Below the pieces are notes generated by a model, which saw nothing but the letters and a program-made list of their open reading frames with translations, had not been told where the DNA came from and did not search any database. A DNA stretch of 64,000 nt from Ostreococcus lucimarinus (Eukaryota). The translations under genes and the position numbers were made by a program. The first letter of the stretch is position 1, and each line of letters opens with the position of its first letter. Shown in pieces: positions 22,658 through 34,160 of this stretch. Where the stretch lies: assembly GCA_000092065.1 (NCBI GenBank), contig CP000582.1. One strand, written 5' to 3'.

Positions 22658-23805
22658 GTTTCCTTCTTCACGCAGCTCTACGGATGCGGCGCGCCGACAT
22701 AAACCGGTGCCCCCTTCGCTCAGTCGCGACGTCGATCTTGTGACGTCGAATTCGGCCTTTCAGATGGGCGATCGAACAGTGCAAATATGGGAAAATCCAT
22801 AACATACCAAAATACAAAAAGAAAATACAATTACAAAAACTAACGGTTTTGGCTCGCTGGAGACTTCCTTGCACCGACTAAATAAATCACTACGGCAGTG
22901 GGTCGCAAACGCGAATGGCACGGTCCAGAGAGATACTCGAGTGCTTCTTCCCAGTATGTCAATTTTCATTTCAGCAATATGAAAATAATCTCTGTGACGA
23001 CTGTACACGACCGGTAAAACGTTTTGGCCAGAGAGAGAAATCTATCACAGCTTTCTCGCAGTCGGAGATGCACAACGCCAATTTCATGCTACTGATGCTC
23101 GATTCCCCAAAAGCTCATGGGGCAGCACTGCGCCACACTATGTTACGGCGCATCCAGCGCGTGTTTGCAAAACAACAAGTTACTTGGGTAAGTTCTGTGA
23201 TTCTGTATTTTCATACAACCTTAGCCAAAGTTGAAAGACCGGATTTCAAGTAACGCTACCCTGCGAAGGAAGTCCAAGAATTAAGAAACCAAGCTTCTCT
23301 CTGCAAGTAGCGAAAATTAGTTCTCGAGACGGCAACCATTTACTTTATGAGCCTGGTGAGTGCTTTATTTCAACACTTCGAAGCGGCGATGACTTATTTT
23401 CGTTAGTGGACACGCGTATCGTGGTAAAAGCTCGAGAAAATGAATTTGTACCTTACAAGCACACGATGGTAGTATCACAGGATTTTCGTGCTCGATTTGA
23501 GGCTGTGAAGTCAGCACTTATTCGTCTGTCCTCACCGCTTAACTGCAGCGTATGTCATACCAAGACTACAAATGATGTTTGCTGACTCGTCCAAAGTCAG
23601 GTCGGCTAGCGTCTGACACACCTTTACTTCTCAAACAGTCGTCAAAGCACTTTTTGCGCTGGCTACAGTCAAAGTTGCAGTCGAGTGTTCGCATGCAATC
23701 ACGAGTTATTTCATGCCAATACTTAGTGTTGTTAAAATCTCAAAAACAAGTAAGGAGTGCACAGATTCTTAGAAGATACAAAGCTAAAAACACGAGTAGA
23801 TTAGT

Positions 23806-25414
23806 TTGATCATAGAACGAGCCCTTACGGGTATCGACTCTGATACTGCTTTGATTTTGGAAGACGTGGATGTTCTTGTTAAAGATAAAGATGGACTCAA
23901 TTTGCAATGTTTGCTATCTACACTGAACGACATTGCAGACTTTCGCACAATCCAAGGTGCGCTTGATCTGAGTAAGACGTTTCAATTGACGCATGACTCA
24001 GGCTCTTTCCATACGTTTATAATTGGAACAACCGCAGAATTTAAGGTGCATTCAGATTTACATCGCCACTTTCCATTGCAGGTATGTTGAACACGCTGAG
24101 CTGTAAGAAAAACTGTTAATTTTGTATTCTCTTCGCAAGATTCCAAGTCCTTCACAAGACAGCGATGTCCATGTACAGCAGATAAGACGCGATGAAGGAT
24201 TGAAGCAAATTCGTTTAAAGGTTCAGAGTGCACTATCCATCGGAGGGCACCGACAACAAAAGGCAATGCGAATTGTACCACTCTCTACGAGCCAACAGGT
24301 AAGTCTTACTATGTCGTGATATTTTCAGGCTAACACGATCAAATAGAACAACGGAAATGTTCGCTGGGATGACGTCGGTGGTCTAGAAGATATAAAAGCT
24401 GCTTTGTGCGACATGCTGAAATGGCCTATTAAATTCCCGAAGCTTTTCAAGAATTACTCGAAAGGAGCTCTCCTTCACGGTCCACCGGTGAGGAAGATGT
24501 AAATATGTCCATTCTTACGTGATGAGTGTCAATAGGGCACAGGGAAGACTCTCATAGCAAAAGCTGCAAGTGTCGAATCAGGCTTGACATTTTTCAACGT
24601 CAAAGGACCAGAGCTTCTAGGGATGTATGTCGGTGAAAGCGAGGTGAACTCTTTCTCTCCTCGATGTACTTCATTTTGACCTCTTAATAGAAATGTGTGC
24701 GAGAACTATTTAACAAAGCCCGAGAATTGGCCCCCGCATTGATTTTCTTTGATGAATTTGATTCTCTCTGCATGGTGTGTTTCTCAGTTGGAATGCCTGT
24801 GTTAAAGTGACGAATCTGTAGGTTGATGCACCGCCTGGAACACTAATAAGCCGTGTCATCAGTCAAGTCGTTACGGAATTGGATTCGCTGAAGGTGTTCA
24901 CGTCTTAGATTCCAGCACTCTTCAATTGATAACAGTTTTCCAGGGGTCTCAAGTATTTGTATTGGCAGCTAGCAACAGATTAGAACTTATTGAACCGACA
25001 ATTCTGCGGTCTGGGCGGTGAGTCAGCTCACGCTTTTTTACTCAAAAACCAACGGAAACTTTCAGACTTGACCGAGTTCTACATGTTCCTCTTCAGAACG
25101 ACGTTCGCTCAAAGGTTGCAATTTTCAAGGTTTGTTGTCAAAACCACTGAGTCAAAGGTCGTCTTAACTTGGCAACCCAGGCTCTAACCAAAAACTTCAT
25201 ATTTTCATCAAACTTCGAGATTGGTCAGGTAATCTTAGATAGGAACAATTGATGAAACTCTGACTGAAAATTGTCTCAAGTTGGCGTTAGTTAGTGAAGA
25301 TGTTAGTGGCGCTGACATCTACTCTGCGTGTGTACGAGCTTGGATCAAGGCTGCCAAGCGGGCGATAGCGTACAATTCCACCGGTATAGTGGTTCAGACG
25401 ATGGATTTCTATTA
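23806..25414 (+). CDS. AAA+ ATPase, multi-exon, with a degenerate first AAA domain and a canonical second one (PEX6/PEX1-like; NVL or SPATA5 not excluded).
   Basis: D2 motifs are spread over at least six short exons in different frames: [26 protein letters not shown] (about 24480-24560), [17 protein letters not shown] (about 24700-24770), [13 protein letters not shown] (about 24850), [19 protein letters not shown] (about 24960-25020), and a C-terminal helical [21 protein letters not shown] ending near 25414. The ORF 22915..23253 may belong to the same gene. Confidence 0.6.
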
Positions 25415-25544
25415 AAAACAGAAAACACAATTTTCGCCTGCTTCACCAACCGGACTTCCATAATGAAAGTAATATTACTTCTTTTTTCTCTACTCGGGCA
25501 CCTACAGGTGTGCAACTTGCGTTTCGTTCGACAACGTTCGCCCT

Positions 25545-25610
25545 ACGTGGCATTAGCCTGGTTCGCGCGCCCTTCGTAGCACTAGCCTGGCTCGCGCGCG
25601 CGCGTTCATT
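25545..25610. repeat. Imperfect ~31-bp tandem duplication immediately upstream of the SR-alpha start codon.
   Basis: gccctacgtggcattagcctggttcgcgcgc is followed by ccttcgtagcactagcctggctcgcgcgcgc, within about 30 bp of the ATG at about 25639. Confidence 0.5.
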
Positions 25611-25638
25611 CAACCTCGTCCGCGGCGAGCAAAAGCGG

Positions 25639-27216
25639 ATGCCCACTCTAAAACAAGTATCGGTCTTTTCACGCGGTGGGCTTGTTCTCGTGCACGAGTG
25701 TTTCACGAAAGAGGTCGTTCTTCTGACCGAACTTTCAGAATGCGCGCATACCTTGAAAAGCGATTCAGATCGATCTATTGAGTCAAGAATTGCAGCCTAC
25801 GATTCTCAGAAGAGCAAAGTTATTTGGCTAAGTGACGCTGTCACTGGTTTGACGTTTATACTCTCCTTCGAAGAGGCTTTAGAGAAACACGAGGCAGACG
25901 ATTTACTCAGGACAAGCAAAGACGCATTTGCTGAATACTACGAACATGATCGATTCGACTACAGTGAATTCCTACCCGCTCTCCAAGCACGGATTCAGCA
26001 ATTGGAAAGGTCTAATGAGCACTGCGAGCTTGGTGCTGCTAGTGAACGGTCAGGCGTGGATAACTCTGTTTCCGACAGTAAACTGCCTTCACGCGATTTT
26101 GGACGTACAAAGAGGCAGCATCACTACCATGACCCATCCGTGCCCAGATCTCGCCATTCAGAAAGGCTCGATTCACTCGATTTCTCAGAGCCGTCACAGG
26201 TTGCTCAGCCGCCGATTTTTCCAGAGCCTTCAAGCACTCAATCAAAACATACTCAAGCTATTAAGCACGAGGGGGGGAAACGTCTGGGCTTGAGCTGGTG
26301 CCGTGATCTTGTTAGTTTCCGTGAAACACACATTAGTGAGGAATCTTTGTTACCTCTCACAGCGTCAATCAAACACAAATTGACTCAAAAAAATGTGACG
26401 AGCGATATAGCTGATTTACTGGTGACAGAAGTTGCACAGAAACTCGTAGGGAAAAAAGTTTCTACATTCCAGTCACTAGCAAGCATAGTCTACCGTTCAC
26501 TTGAGGAGTCAATCATTCGTATACTGAGTTCTGCGAAGAAAATTGACCTATTGACTGAGGTCGGAAGCGCTCGTAAGAGTAGAAGACCTTTCGTGATTGC
26601 GTTTGTTGGCGTGAACGGTGTCGGTAAAAGTACGAGTCTATCGAAGGTAGTACATTGGCTTAGTCAGCAAAATTTCTCAGTGATGGTTGCTGCATGTGAC
26701 ACGTTTCGTGCTGGTGCAGTAGAGCAACTACGGACACACTGTCAACGTCTTGACTGTGCGCTTTTTGAGAGAGGCTACGAAAGAGATCCATCAGTTATCG
26801 CTCAACAAGCTATTCAGCAAGCCACGCGACAAGGTATTGATGTCGTCATGATAGATACTGCAGGGCGCATGCAAGACAACGAACCATTAATGCGAGCACT
26901 TGCAAAACTCTTGAGTGTAAACCTGCCTGATTTGACACTGTTTGTAGGCGAAGCACTGGTCGGAAATGATGGCGTGAGCCAAATTTTGCAGTTTGAGCAT
27001 AGATTACAAGCATTGATGCAAACGGAGAAGAAATGTGTCATAGATGGCATCTTCCTTTCAAAATTCGACACCATCGACAATAAAGTTGGCACTGCTTTAT
27101 CGTTAGTGTATGCGTCTTCGATTCCCATCATGTTTGTTGGTACTGGGCAGATGTATAAGGATGTTCGTACTTTTCAGGCTGAAAATATTGCAACCGTACT
27201 TCTTGCTGATTCATGA
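25639..27216 (+). CDS. SRPRA: Signal recognition particle receptor alpha subunit (SR-alpha).
   Basis: N-terminal SRX-like FSRGGLVLVHEC, NG-domain GTPase motifs GVNGVGKST, DTAGR, a TKxD-like LSKFDT, and the C-terminal FVGTGQMYKD. The start is taken at the internal Met MPTLKQVSVF. Confidence 0.85.
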   Translation: MPTLKQVSVFSRGGLVLVHECFTKEVVLLTELSECAHTLKSDSDRSIESRIAAYDSQKSKVIWLSDAVTGLTFILSFEEALEKHEADDLLRTSKDAFAEYYEHDRFDYSEFLPALQARIQQLERSNEHCELGAASERSGVDNSVSDSKLPSRDFGRTKRQHHYHDPSVPRSRHSERLDSLDFSEPSQVAQPPIFPEPSSTQSKHTQAIKHEGGKRLGLSWCRDLVSFRETHISEESLLPLTASIKHKLTQKNVTSDIADLLVTEVAQKLVGKKVSTFQSLASIVYRSLEESIIRILSSAKKIDLLTEVGSARKSRRPFVIAFVGVNGVGKSTSLSKVVHWLSQQNFSVMVAACDTFRAGAVEQLRTHCQRLDCALFERGYERDPSVIAQQAIQQATRQGIDVVMIDTAGRMQDNEPLMRALAKLLSVNLPDLTLFVGEALVGNDGVSQILQFEHRLQALMQTEKKCVIDGIFLSKFDTIDNKVGTALSLVYASSIPIMFVGTGQMYKDVRTFQAENIATVLLADS

Positions 27217-27308
27217 AGGGTGTATTTAGAGTAGAAGGGCTTTTTATTCAATTGAAGCTAACTCCTAGCGCAGTCTTTTGAAATATATCTGTGTCTCTGT
27301 TTCCTCTT

Positions 27309-28187
27309 CTAGTCCGATAGTACCTGTGGAAACGCTTCATGATAGTTTTTTGAACATGGCAATGGATTCACCTTGTCTATCAAGCCATATTTCACTGCTT
27401 CGGTAGGGTCGAAGTAAAGAGGGCGATTTATATCGCTTTCAACGGTGGCGATGTCCTTGCCGGTCGTCTTCGCTAATATCTCCAGCTGTAGGGAAAGATA
27501 ACATGATTCCTAGGTCAACTAGTTAAAACAGTTACATACCATTTGTCTTTTAGTATTTCGCATCTCCTGGCGTTGAATTTCCAACTCAGATGCCTAATCG
27601 AAGTTAAAATGGCCACAACGCTCAGTATGCAAATGCAAATGTTCACCTGTCCACGAAAAGCGCTCAATGGTTGCTTCAACATAATACTGGCAGAAGGCAA
27701 CGCCGCGCGATTACCCTGTGCCATATTTATCATAGGCTGAGAACGAACAAATTCAAGCGTACCCTACTACCTGCAGCCAACAACATCGCAGCCTCACCCC
27801 AAGCTGTTCCTACTGCTATGGTGTGTACAGGAGGAGATACATACTGGATTGTATCATATATAGCAAACGCCTCAGTATCATACCCATATTTTTGCCCATC
27901 CTTGGTTCGTATTAGTTGCAGTCCATAACATCGATGATATTCGAACCTTCGAAGACCCTGTCGAGTTAATGTACAGTTGTATTGGCTTTTTCTTATCTTC
28001 ATACTGCAAGTAGAGCAGTTCGGCAAGAATCAACTCTGTCACTGAAGGTACAAGGGTCATGCCCTGGTTTGAGAGCTGAGCTGATGACGTTATTGTTTGA
28101 GCATAGTATTACCAAGTAAACGATCCTCTCTTTGAAAATGAAGGATGGAAGATCAGGAGGAGACTGAGTGGACGCATCCCCTTGCAA
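27309..28187 (-). CDS. clpP: ATP-dependent Clp protease proteolytic subunit (ClpP paralogue 1), nuclear multi-exon gene.
   Basis: Minus-strand exons read [16 protein letters not shown] (28000-28180), [28 protein letters not shown] (27880-28050), [32 protein letters not shown] (27740-27900), [21 protein letters not shown] (27520-27700), and the C-terminal [39 protein letters not shown] with a stop near 27309. Confidence 0.8.
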
Positions 28188-28936
28188 GCTCGGTATGACC
28201 TGTTGTAAAAATTGAAGTTTGTTCTTTATCGTGGCGGTGAAAGAAAGCCGACCTGCGTAATAGCATGTCGCCCGCGGTCGTTCATAATGATGCGGCGACT
28301 AGTCTTCTGCAAAACTTCTGGAAATGGCTCGCCAGGGCGGAACTTGCTCGCCCGTGAAGCTCGCACGCGAACAGAGCTAGAGCTCGCCGTCACTGTAGGG
28401 GTGAGACGAAACATGTAACTTGTAACTCGTTACGATGAGTTCTGTAAGTCTGACCCACTATTCAAACGTGGGTAACTTCGACTCGGCGTGCAACTGGATC
28501 AGTAATCTACGCCGACGCGTGTTTTAGGCGGACCCCACGGGACGAAAACCTGCGACCAGCAGCGAACTGGCGAACCCTTCAGGGTTGAGCGCGGTTCGGC
28601 AACGCAACCCATCCGGATAAAGCCCTTTGGAGAATGAAATAAGAGAAAATATAAGGATGAAAGTATGAGATCGGTGTTGGTGTCGGCATTGAAAATAGCC
28701 TCATATATTAATATAGACAGCATCTATCATTCACTTTTCTTTCATCGCCTTGCTTCGCCTCGCAGCCGCGGTCAAACGCTGTCGCGTCGCGTGTGAATTA
28801 CCCCGACAGGCCGCACTGAAACGTGTATCCTATATCGTGCCGACAGGAGCGTACTGCGTCTAAGCTTAGGGACAGTGTTGCGAGCGCGCATTACGGCAAT
28901 CACACGTAGCGTTGCTCGTCAAAATAGCAGCACGCG

Positions 28937-31177
28937 ATGTACACGTCTTCAACTCGACTGGCACTGGCTCAAAACCTCAACCAGACTCGAGTCGCGCGCC
29001 CGCGATGTGCTGGGGGGCACGGACGAAACGCCGACAGTCTTCGCCCCGTGATTACGCGAAAATTGAGCGCACGTGCGCGTAATGGGCGCTCAGGCACACG
29101 GTTCGTGCCAAATCGTGGTTCTGAGCAGGATATCTTATCTGAACTTGAAGAAGCGCAAGAAGGAGGAATTGCTGGCTACGGCGTCATCTCGTCCAAACCT
29201 ACGACACCCCTTTTGGATACCGTGCAGTTTCCGAGCCATTTGAAGGGTTTAAACATGGATCAACTCAAGCAAGTCGCGAAAGAACTACGTGCAGACCTAA
29301 TCTACAACGTATCTCAGACAGGAGGGCATCTTGGTTCGAGCCTCGGAGTTATTGAGCTCACCGTCGCACTCAATTACGTATTCGACCAACCGAACGACAA
29401 AATCATATGGGACGTGGGGCATCAAGCTTACCCTCACAAAATTTTGACGGGAAGGAGGGACCAAATGAACACCATGAGACAAACAGGCGGGTTATCACCT
29501 TTCACGAAGAGAAGCGAAAGTCCTTATGACTGCTTTGGGGCGGGACACAGTAGTACGTCCATTTCGGCAGGTCTTGGAATGGCTGTCGCTCGGGATATGC
29601 AAGGCGGCGATAATCATGTCATCAGCATAATCGGAGACGGGGCAATCACGGGGGGGATGGCGTATGAAGCTATGAACAATGCTGGATTTCTGGACACGAA
29701 CATGATCATCATCTTAAATGATAACCAGCAAGTGTCGCTTCCTACGCAATACAACAGTATGAATCAAGATCCAGTGGGTGCGCTTTCGTCGACATTCGCT
29801 CGTCTTCAGTCGTCGCGCCCTCTACGCGAGTTGCGCGAGTCTGCCAAGGCGATTACCAAACAGATGCCAACCCCTGTGCAAGAGGTCACCGCAAAAGTTG
29901 ACGAGTATGCGCGTGGTATGATTAGTGGATCTGGCTCGACTCTATTTGAAGAGCTCGGACTATATTACATCGGAACTGTTGATGGGCATAATTTGGAGGA
30001 TTTGGTCGCCATTCTGCAAGAAGTAAAAGAGACAAAGAGCGTTGGTCCCGTGTTGATTCACATCGTGACCGAGAAGGGCCGAGGCTACTCTTATGCCGAA
30101 GACGCTCAAGACAAGTACCACGGTGTATCCAAATTCGATCTCGCTTCCGGTGAACAAAGCAAATCAACAGATACAATCCCCACTTACACGAAGGTGTTCG
30201 CCGATGCCTTGATTGGAGAAGCCATGGCTGATGAAAAGGTTGTGGCCGTGCACGCTGCCATGGGCGGGGGAACGGGATTAAACCATTTCGAGAAATATTT
30301 CGCCGATAGAACGTACGACGTCGGCATTGCGGAGCAACATGCCGTGACTTTCGCTGCGGGTCTTGCATGTGAGGGATTGAAACCCATGTGTACGATTTAT
30401 TCAACATTTTTGCAACGTGGCTGGGATCAAGTTGTTCACGACGTAGCGCTGCAGAAACTTCCGGTGAGGTTTGCGATGGACCGTGCTGGCTTGGTTGGCG
30501 CGGATGGACCAACTCATGCTGGTGCGTACGATGTGACGTTCATGGCGTGCCTTCCCGATATGGTCGTTATGGCGCCGATGGACGAGGCAGAGCTGTGTCA
30601 TATGGTTGCAACATCTTTAGCTATTGACGATCGTCCCTCCTGTTTCCGCTATCCTCGGGGTGCGGGCGTTGGGGTCAACATGGAAAATGAGAGCGTCAAA
30701 GTGCTCAATCCAGGATACAAGGGTATGGTGTTAGACATTGGGAAAGGCCGAGTTCTACGCGAAGGAACCGATGTCGTTCTGTTGGGTTATGGTACTCCAA
30801 CGAATAACTGTTTGCTGGCTGCCCAAATGTTGCAAGAGTTCGGCGTCAGCGCCACCGTGGCGGATGCTCGATTCTGCAAACCTCTGGACGTCGAACTCAT
30901 TCGTCGCTTGGCAAAATCACACCCAGTTTTCATAACGGTAGAGGAAGGTTCCATAGGCGGCTTTGCGTCTCACGTGTTGCACTTCCTAGCGACTGACGGA
31001 CTGCTCGACGGCGGCTTGAAGGTTCGACCAATGGTACTTCCCGATCGTCCAATTGATCACGGTTCGTATGCATTCCAGCTTAACGAGGCTGGACTTAGCG
31101 TTTCGCACATCGCATCTACGGCGCTTTCGCTTGTCGGGAAGCAAAATGAGTCTCTCGAGGTTTTAGCAAGAGTCTAG
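28937..31177 (+). CDS. dxs: 1-deoxy-D-xylulose-5-phosphate synthase (MEP pathway) with a transit-peptide-like N-terminus.
   Basis: TPP/transketolase-like motifs [38 protein letters not shown] and the C-terminal DRPIDHGS. A 746-aa intronless ORF. The N-terminal ~70 aa are S/T/R/A-rich with no hydrophobic signal peptide. Confidence 0.9.
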   Translation: MYTSSTRLALAQNLNQTRVARPRCAGGHGRNADSLRPVITRKLSARARNGRSGTRFVPNRGSEQDILSELEEAQEGGIAGYGVISSKPTTPLLDTVQFPSHLKGLNMDQLKQVAKELRADLIYNVSQTGGHLGSSLGVIELTVALNYVFDQPNDKIIWDVGHQAYPHKILTGRRDQMNTMRQTGGLSPFTKRSESPYDCFGAGHSSTSISAGLGMAVARDMQGGDNHVISIIGDGAITGGMAYEAMNNAGFLDTNMIIILNDNQQVSLPTQYNSMNQDPVGALSSTFARLQSSRPLRELRESAKAITKQMPTPVQEVTAKVDEYARGMISGSGSTLFEELGLYYIGTVDGHNLEDLVAILQEVKETKSVGPVLIHIVTEKGRGYSYAEDAQDKYHGVSKFDLASGEQSKSTDTIPTYTKVFADALIGEAMADEKVVAVHAAMGGGTGLNHFEKYFADRTYDVGIAEQHAVTFAAGLACEGLKPMCTIYSTFLQRGWDQVVHDVALQKLPVRFAMDRAGLVGADGPTHAGAYDVTFMACLPDMVVMAPMDEAELCHMVATSLAIDDRPSCFRYPRGAGVGVNMENESVKVLNPGYKGMVLDIGKGRVLREGTDVVLLGYGTPTNNCLLAAQMLQEFGVSATVADARFCKPLDVELIRRLAKSHPVFITVEEGSIGGFASHVLHFLATDGLLDGGLKVRPMVLPDRPIDHGSYAFQLNEAGLSVSHIASTALSLVGKQNESLEVLARV

Positions 31178-31363
31178 AGAAACTTATAATTCAATTTGCC
31201 AACGCTGCTGAAGCTCCCGCAACGCTACTCGGAGGATTTCCGAGTAGTTCGAAGAAAGCTGGATAGGCGAGCCACGTCACAGCCACTACAATAACCAATA
31301 TTCATCACGAATTCACCCACGTGAGTCGCCGAGTCAACTCTCAGACGTGTGTCTACTATGCAG

Positions 31364-31750
31364 CTATGGCGCGGCGACGTCGCGAAATAAGAAATATTGA
31401 TTGATGTACTTACTTCCAGCGCCGAAACCGACACCCCACGCAAGACCAACGCCTACGCCACAACCACCACCTATACCTAAGCCCCAAAACCCAATCGGTA
31501 CCCCTGGGTGAAGTGGTAAACTGCGTGTCATAGTATTTAAGTTAAACGACTCACCGCCAAAGCCCCAACCTAAACCGAATCCGCAGCCCAATCCGATCCC
31601 TACGCCGAAAAAGTTGAGCGAAAGTATGTCTACACATGGCGTGAACGCACCGACCCCAACTCCTCTGCCTACGAGTCTCCGATCCTTACTCGGCGGCATG
31701 AGACCACTTCTGCAGTACTGACGTAAGTTAGGCTCGCCGTATTGGGACAT
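31364..31750 (-). CDS. Small glycine-zipper (GxGxG-rich) putative membrane protein.
   Basis: A 128-aa ORF with two hydrophobic Gly-rich segments (GVGIGLGCGFGLGWGFGG and GLGIGGGCGVGVGLAWGVGFGAG). It could also be a low-complexity artefact, and no homologue was recognised. Confidence 0.25.
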   Translation of the reverse strand: MSQYGEPNLRQYCRSGLMPPSKDRRLVGRGVGVGAFTPCVDILSLNFFGVGIGLGCGFGLGWGFGGESFNLNTMTRSLPLHPGVPIGFWGLGIGGGCGVGVGLAWGVGFGAGSKYINQYFLFRDVAAP

Positions 31751-32093
31751 CAGGACACACTTTTTTTATCGAATTTCAGACGGTATGATATGATATCATA
31801 TAAATCACTCTTTACGTCCTATAAAGCTGTGGAGAACAACTCCATGAAGTCCGGAATGTTGCTTCCTCAGGCAGAGATTGCTAAAATTCTCCAAGTTAGC
31901 GACCATTTAGCTGGTTTGAAAATGTGAAAAAGGGATTGCTCTCACTGCTGCAAAAGCTCAGGCGCGCGGCCGTTTTACAATTCGGCACTTTGACTCGACT
32001 GTCTGTAGCAGGATAAACTGATAAGCGTGCATCGCACTTTCAGAGGCGCGCCTTCAGTACATCCGCATACGCCCCTCACAGCACGACAAGACT

Positions 32094-33206
32094 ATGGGCG
32101 TCGCCTGTGGACCCTCACGAGGTGAAGGAGACCACGGACCTCAAGAGCAAGCACGTCAAGTTCCAAGTTACGTATCACTGAGTGAAGTTTTGCGACTCGT
32201 CCGTGAGGGCCATGTCAACGGAGACGATATCATGCGTCTTGCATCTCTTTACTTGAGCATGAAGTCCAAACGCGCTTCCGCAAAAGAAATCCTCTCCGCG
32301 CTATTTAGTCACGCACACGGCGGTGAGATTTTGCGAGTCATCAGCGCCGTTGTTGTTGGGGCCAAATCTTTACAAAGTGAAGGCTTTGTAAATTCTCAAG
32401 GCGGAAATACACTCCTTATCTCCCATGCACAGTCCAAAACAAACCATGTCAATCAGAGGGCGAAGCAAATAACACAAAAGGTAGTCTTTGATCAGCAGCG
32501 GCTATCGAAGAGGATCGCGTCGAAGCTTAGATCGCGACATCCGGGTATGCACGTTGATCCGGCCTCGTTCGAACTCTTCGGCGAGGCGATCCGTCAACGC
32601 ATTCGACATATCTCTAAAGATCTCATGAGGATCGCCACGATACGTCATATGTCGAGCATCATAGCGAAAAACTCAAAAGCAGAGAGAGTAACTCCTAGGG
32701 GTAAGATTCGTGACATCAACCTTACACTCATGCAGAGTACATCAGCTAGAAGAGAACAAGAGCGACAGAAATTGCTACAGCTTGGTGATCAGTCCAACAA
32801 ACGGAAAAGACAAAGTTCTGATGACGAATTTGATGAAGAACTACGCACTAGGGCGGAGAAAGCACGCACAGAAGAGGAGGAAAGGAGGCTCGCAGATGCT
32901 GCGAATGAAGCAACAAGAAGCGCACTAGGCGATGCGAAGTATCTCAAGTGGTTCGCTCACGGTAAAAATGTGCAAAAAACTACCGAACTTAATCCTCGGG
33001 TATCAAGTGCAGTTACTTCAAAACAAACAACGCGCGCTGAAGCGACAGAAAAGGCTTCAAAGACTGGTTTGGAAACACACGACAGCAAAATTTCATTTGT
33101 TGACGTCATATGCGTGCTCAAGTCGGAAAAGGCTTTTAACGGGATTCTTCCTCGTCTCTTTCACACGAAAAATTTGCTGCTGTTCAACGTGGGGAATTCG
33201 AACTAG
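32094..33206 (+). CDS. Basic nuclear protein, possibly TAF4-like (TFIID subunit 4 C-terminal domain).
   Basis: A 370-aa K/R/E-rich ORF. Weak resemblance to the TAF4 C-terminal domain (LRIATIRH.., the C-terminal ISFVDVICVLKSE). The assignment is tentative. Confidence 0.3.
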   Translation: MGVACGPSRGEGDHGPQEQARQVPSYVSLSEVLRLVREGHVNGDDIMRLASLYLSMKSKRASAKEILSALFSHAHGGEILRVISAVVVGAKSLQSEGFVNSQGGNTLLISHAQSKTNHVNQRAKQITQKVVFDQQRLSKRIASKLRSRHPGMHVDPASFELFGEAIRQRIRHISKDLMRIATIRHMSSIIAKNSKAERVTPRGKIRDINLTLMQSTSARREQERQKLLQLGDQSNKRKRQSSDDEFDEELRTRAEKARTEEEERRLADAANEATRSALGDAKYLKWFAHGKNVQKTTELNPRVSSAVTSKQTTRAEATEKASKTGLETHDSKISFVDVICVLKSEKAFNGILPRLFHTKNLLLFNVGNSN

Positions 33207-33248
33207 TCGGTACGTCAACGTTTTTACGCCCTTTCTATGTTCTATGTA

Positions 33249-33620
33249 TTAAAAGGTTTTGCTTCTCTCGCTCGGTACGAACTCTACGACTGCAAGCTGC
33301 GCTCCGTCTCCACTTCGTCTTTTACTACGCGTCACACGTGTGTAGCCTCCTTGCTGATCCATGTATCTTCCAGCTAACTCTACCGACACTTTTGTGTGAG
33401 CTTCATCTGTGTCGAGGTAGGCTCTAATTCTACGTCTCGCGTCAACTGACCCCTGCAAGACACAAGTTACTTGGCGAAGAAATATTCAAAAGATCTCGCG
33501 AATACCTGCTTCGACATACTTATCAACCTATCAGCTAGTTTTCTAACCTCCATCGCCTTTGCAAGTGTCGTCGTCACTTTACCTTTAGTGACCAGTTGAC
33601 TAGCCAAAATCCTGGATTTT
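33249..33620 (-). CDS. Organellar (bacterial-type) ribosomal protein bL17, two exons.
   Basis: C-terminal exon 33249..33458 reads GGYTRVTRSKRRSGDGAQLAVVEFV. The upstream exon (about 33500-33620) reads TTLAKAMEVRKLADRLISMSKQ, joined by a GTATTC..TTGCAG intron. Confidence 0.7.
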
Positions 33621-34160
33621 TGTGAGCTCGTCGAGCAACGCGAAATTGATCAAGTTACCTTAAAGTAGAGCTACGCATCGTTGGAAGATGTACAATCTAA
33701 CGTGCGTTCTGCAGAGGTAATAAATACCCTTCTTCTATCTTCACTCTGTCAGTTCTCCGACTGGGACGAATGTTCACGTTTTCTTTGTTTGACCGGATGT
33801 GAGAACTTCAGAACCTCAGCACGTATACAACGGTACAATGGCCTATTCACATAGCTCCAGACGCTAAATATAAATATGAACGAAAGCAAACGCAGAATGA
33901 AAAACCACTTTGACTAACTAGCCTTAGAATACGGGAAGCTCGCCTAGGTTACCCCCGAAGGAGCTATAATAGTACTATAGCATGTGGGAAAAGAAGCAAG
34001 AGTCCGCGAGCGTACGAACTTGGCGCGGTCACCTCAACTTTGACGGCTGCAGTTGCGCGTCTTATACCACTTGTACTTTCCGTCACGCTCGGCTGCGTCA
34101 CTCTGTTCGTCGGCTACTATTGACGGATTGCAGTGTCGCACCGAGCCAAAAAAGCAAGCT

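Noticed and set aside
28380-28640. Structured-looking non-coding stretch upstream of DXS, with local palindromes gtaacttgtaactcgttac and gggttg..caaccc, considered as a possible snRNA/snoRNA/7SL gene
   Set aside because: No conserved snRNA (U1/U2/U4/U5/U6), 7SL or RNase P/MRP sequence blocks were recognisable. It is more likely the DXS 5' region. It would need a covariance-model search to revisit.
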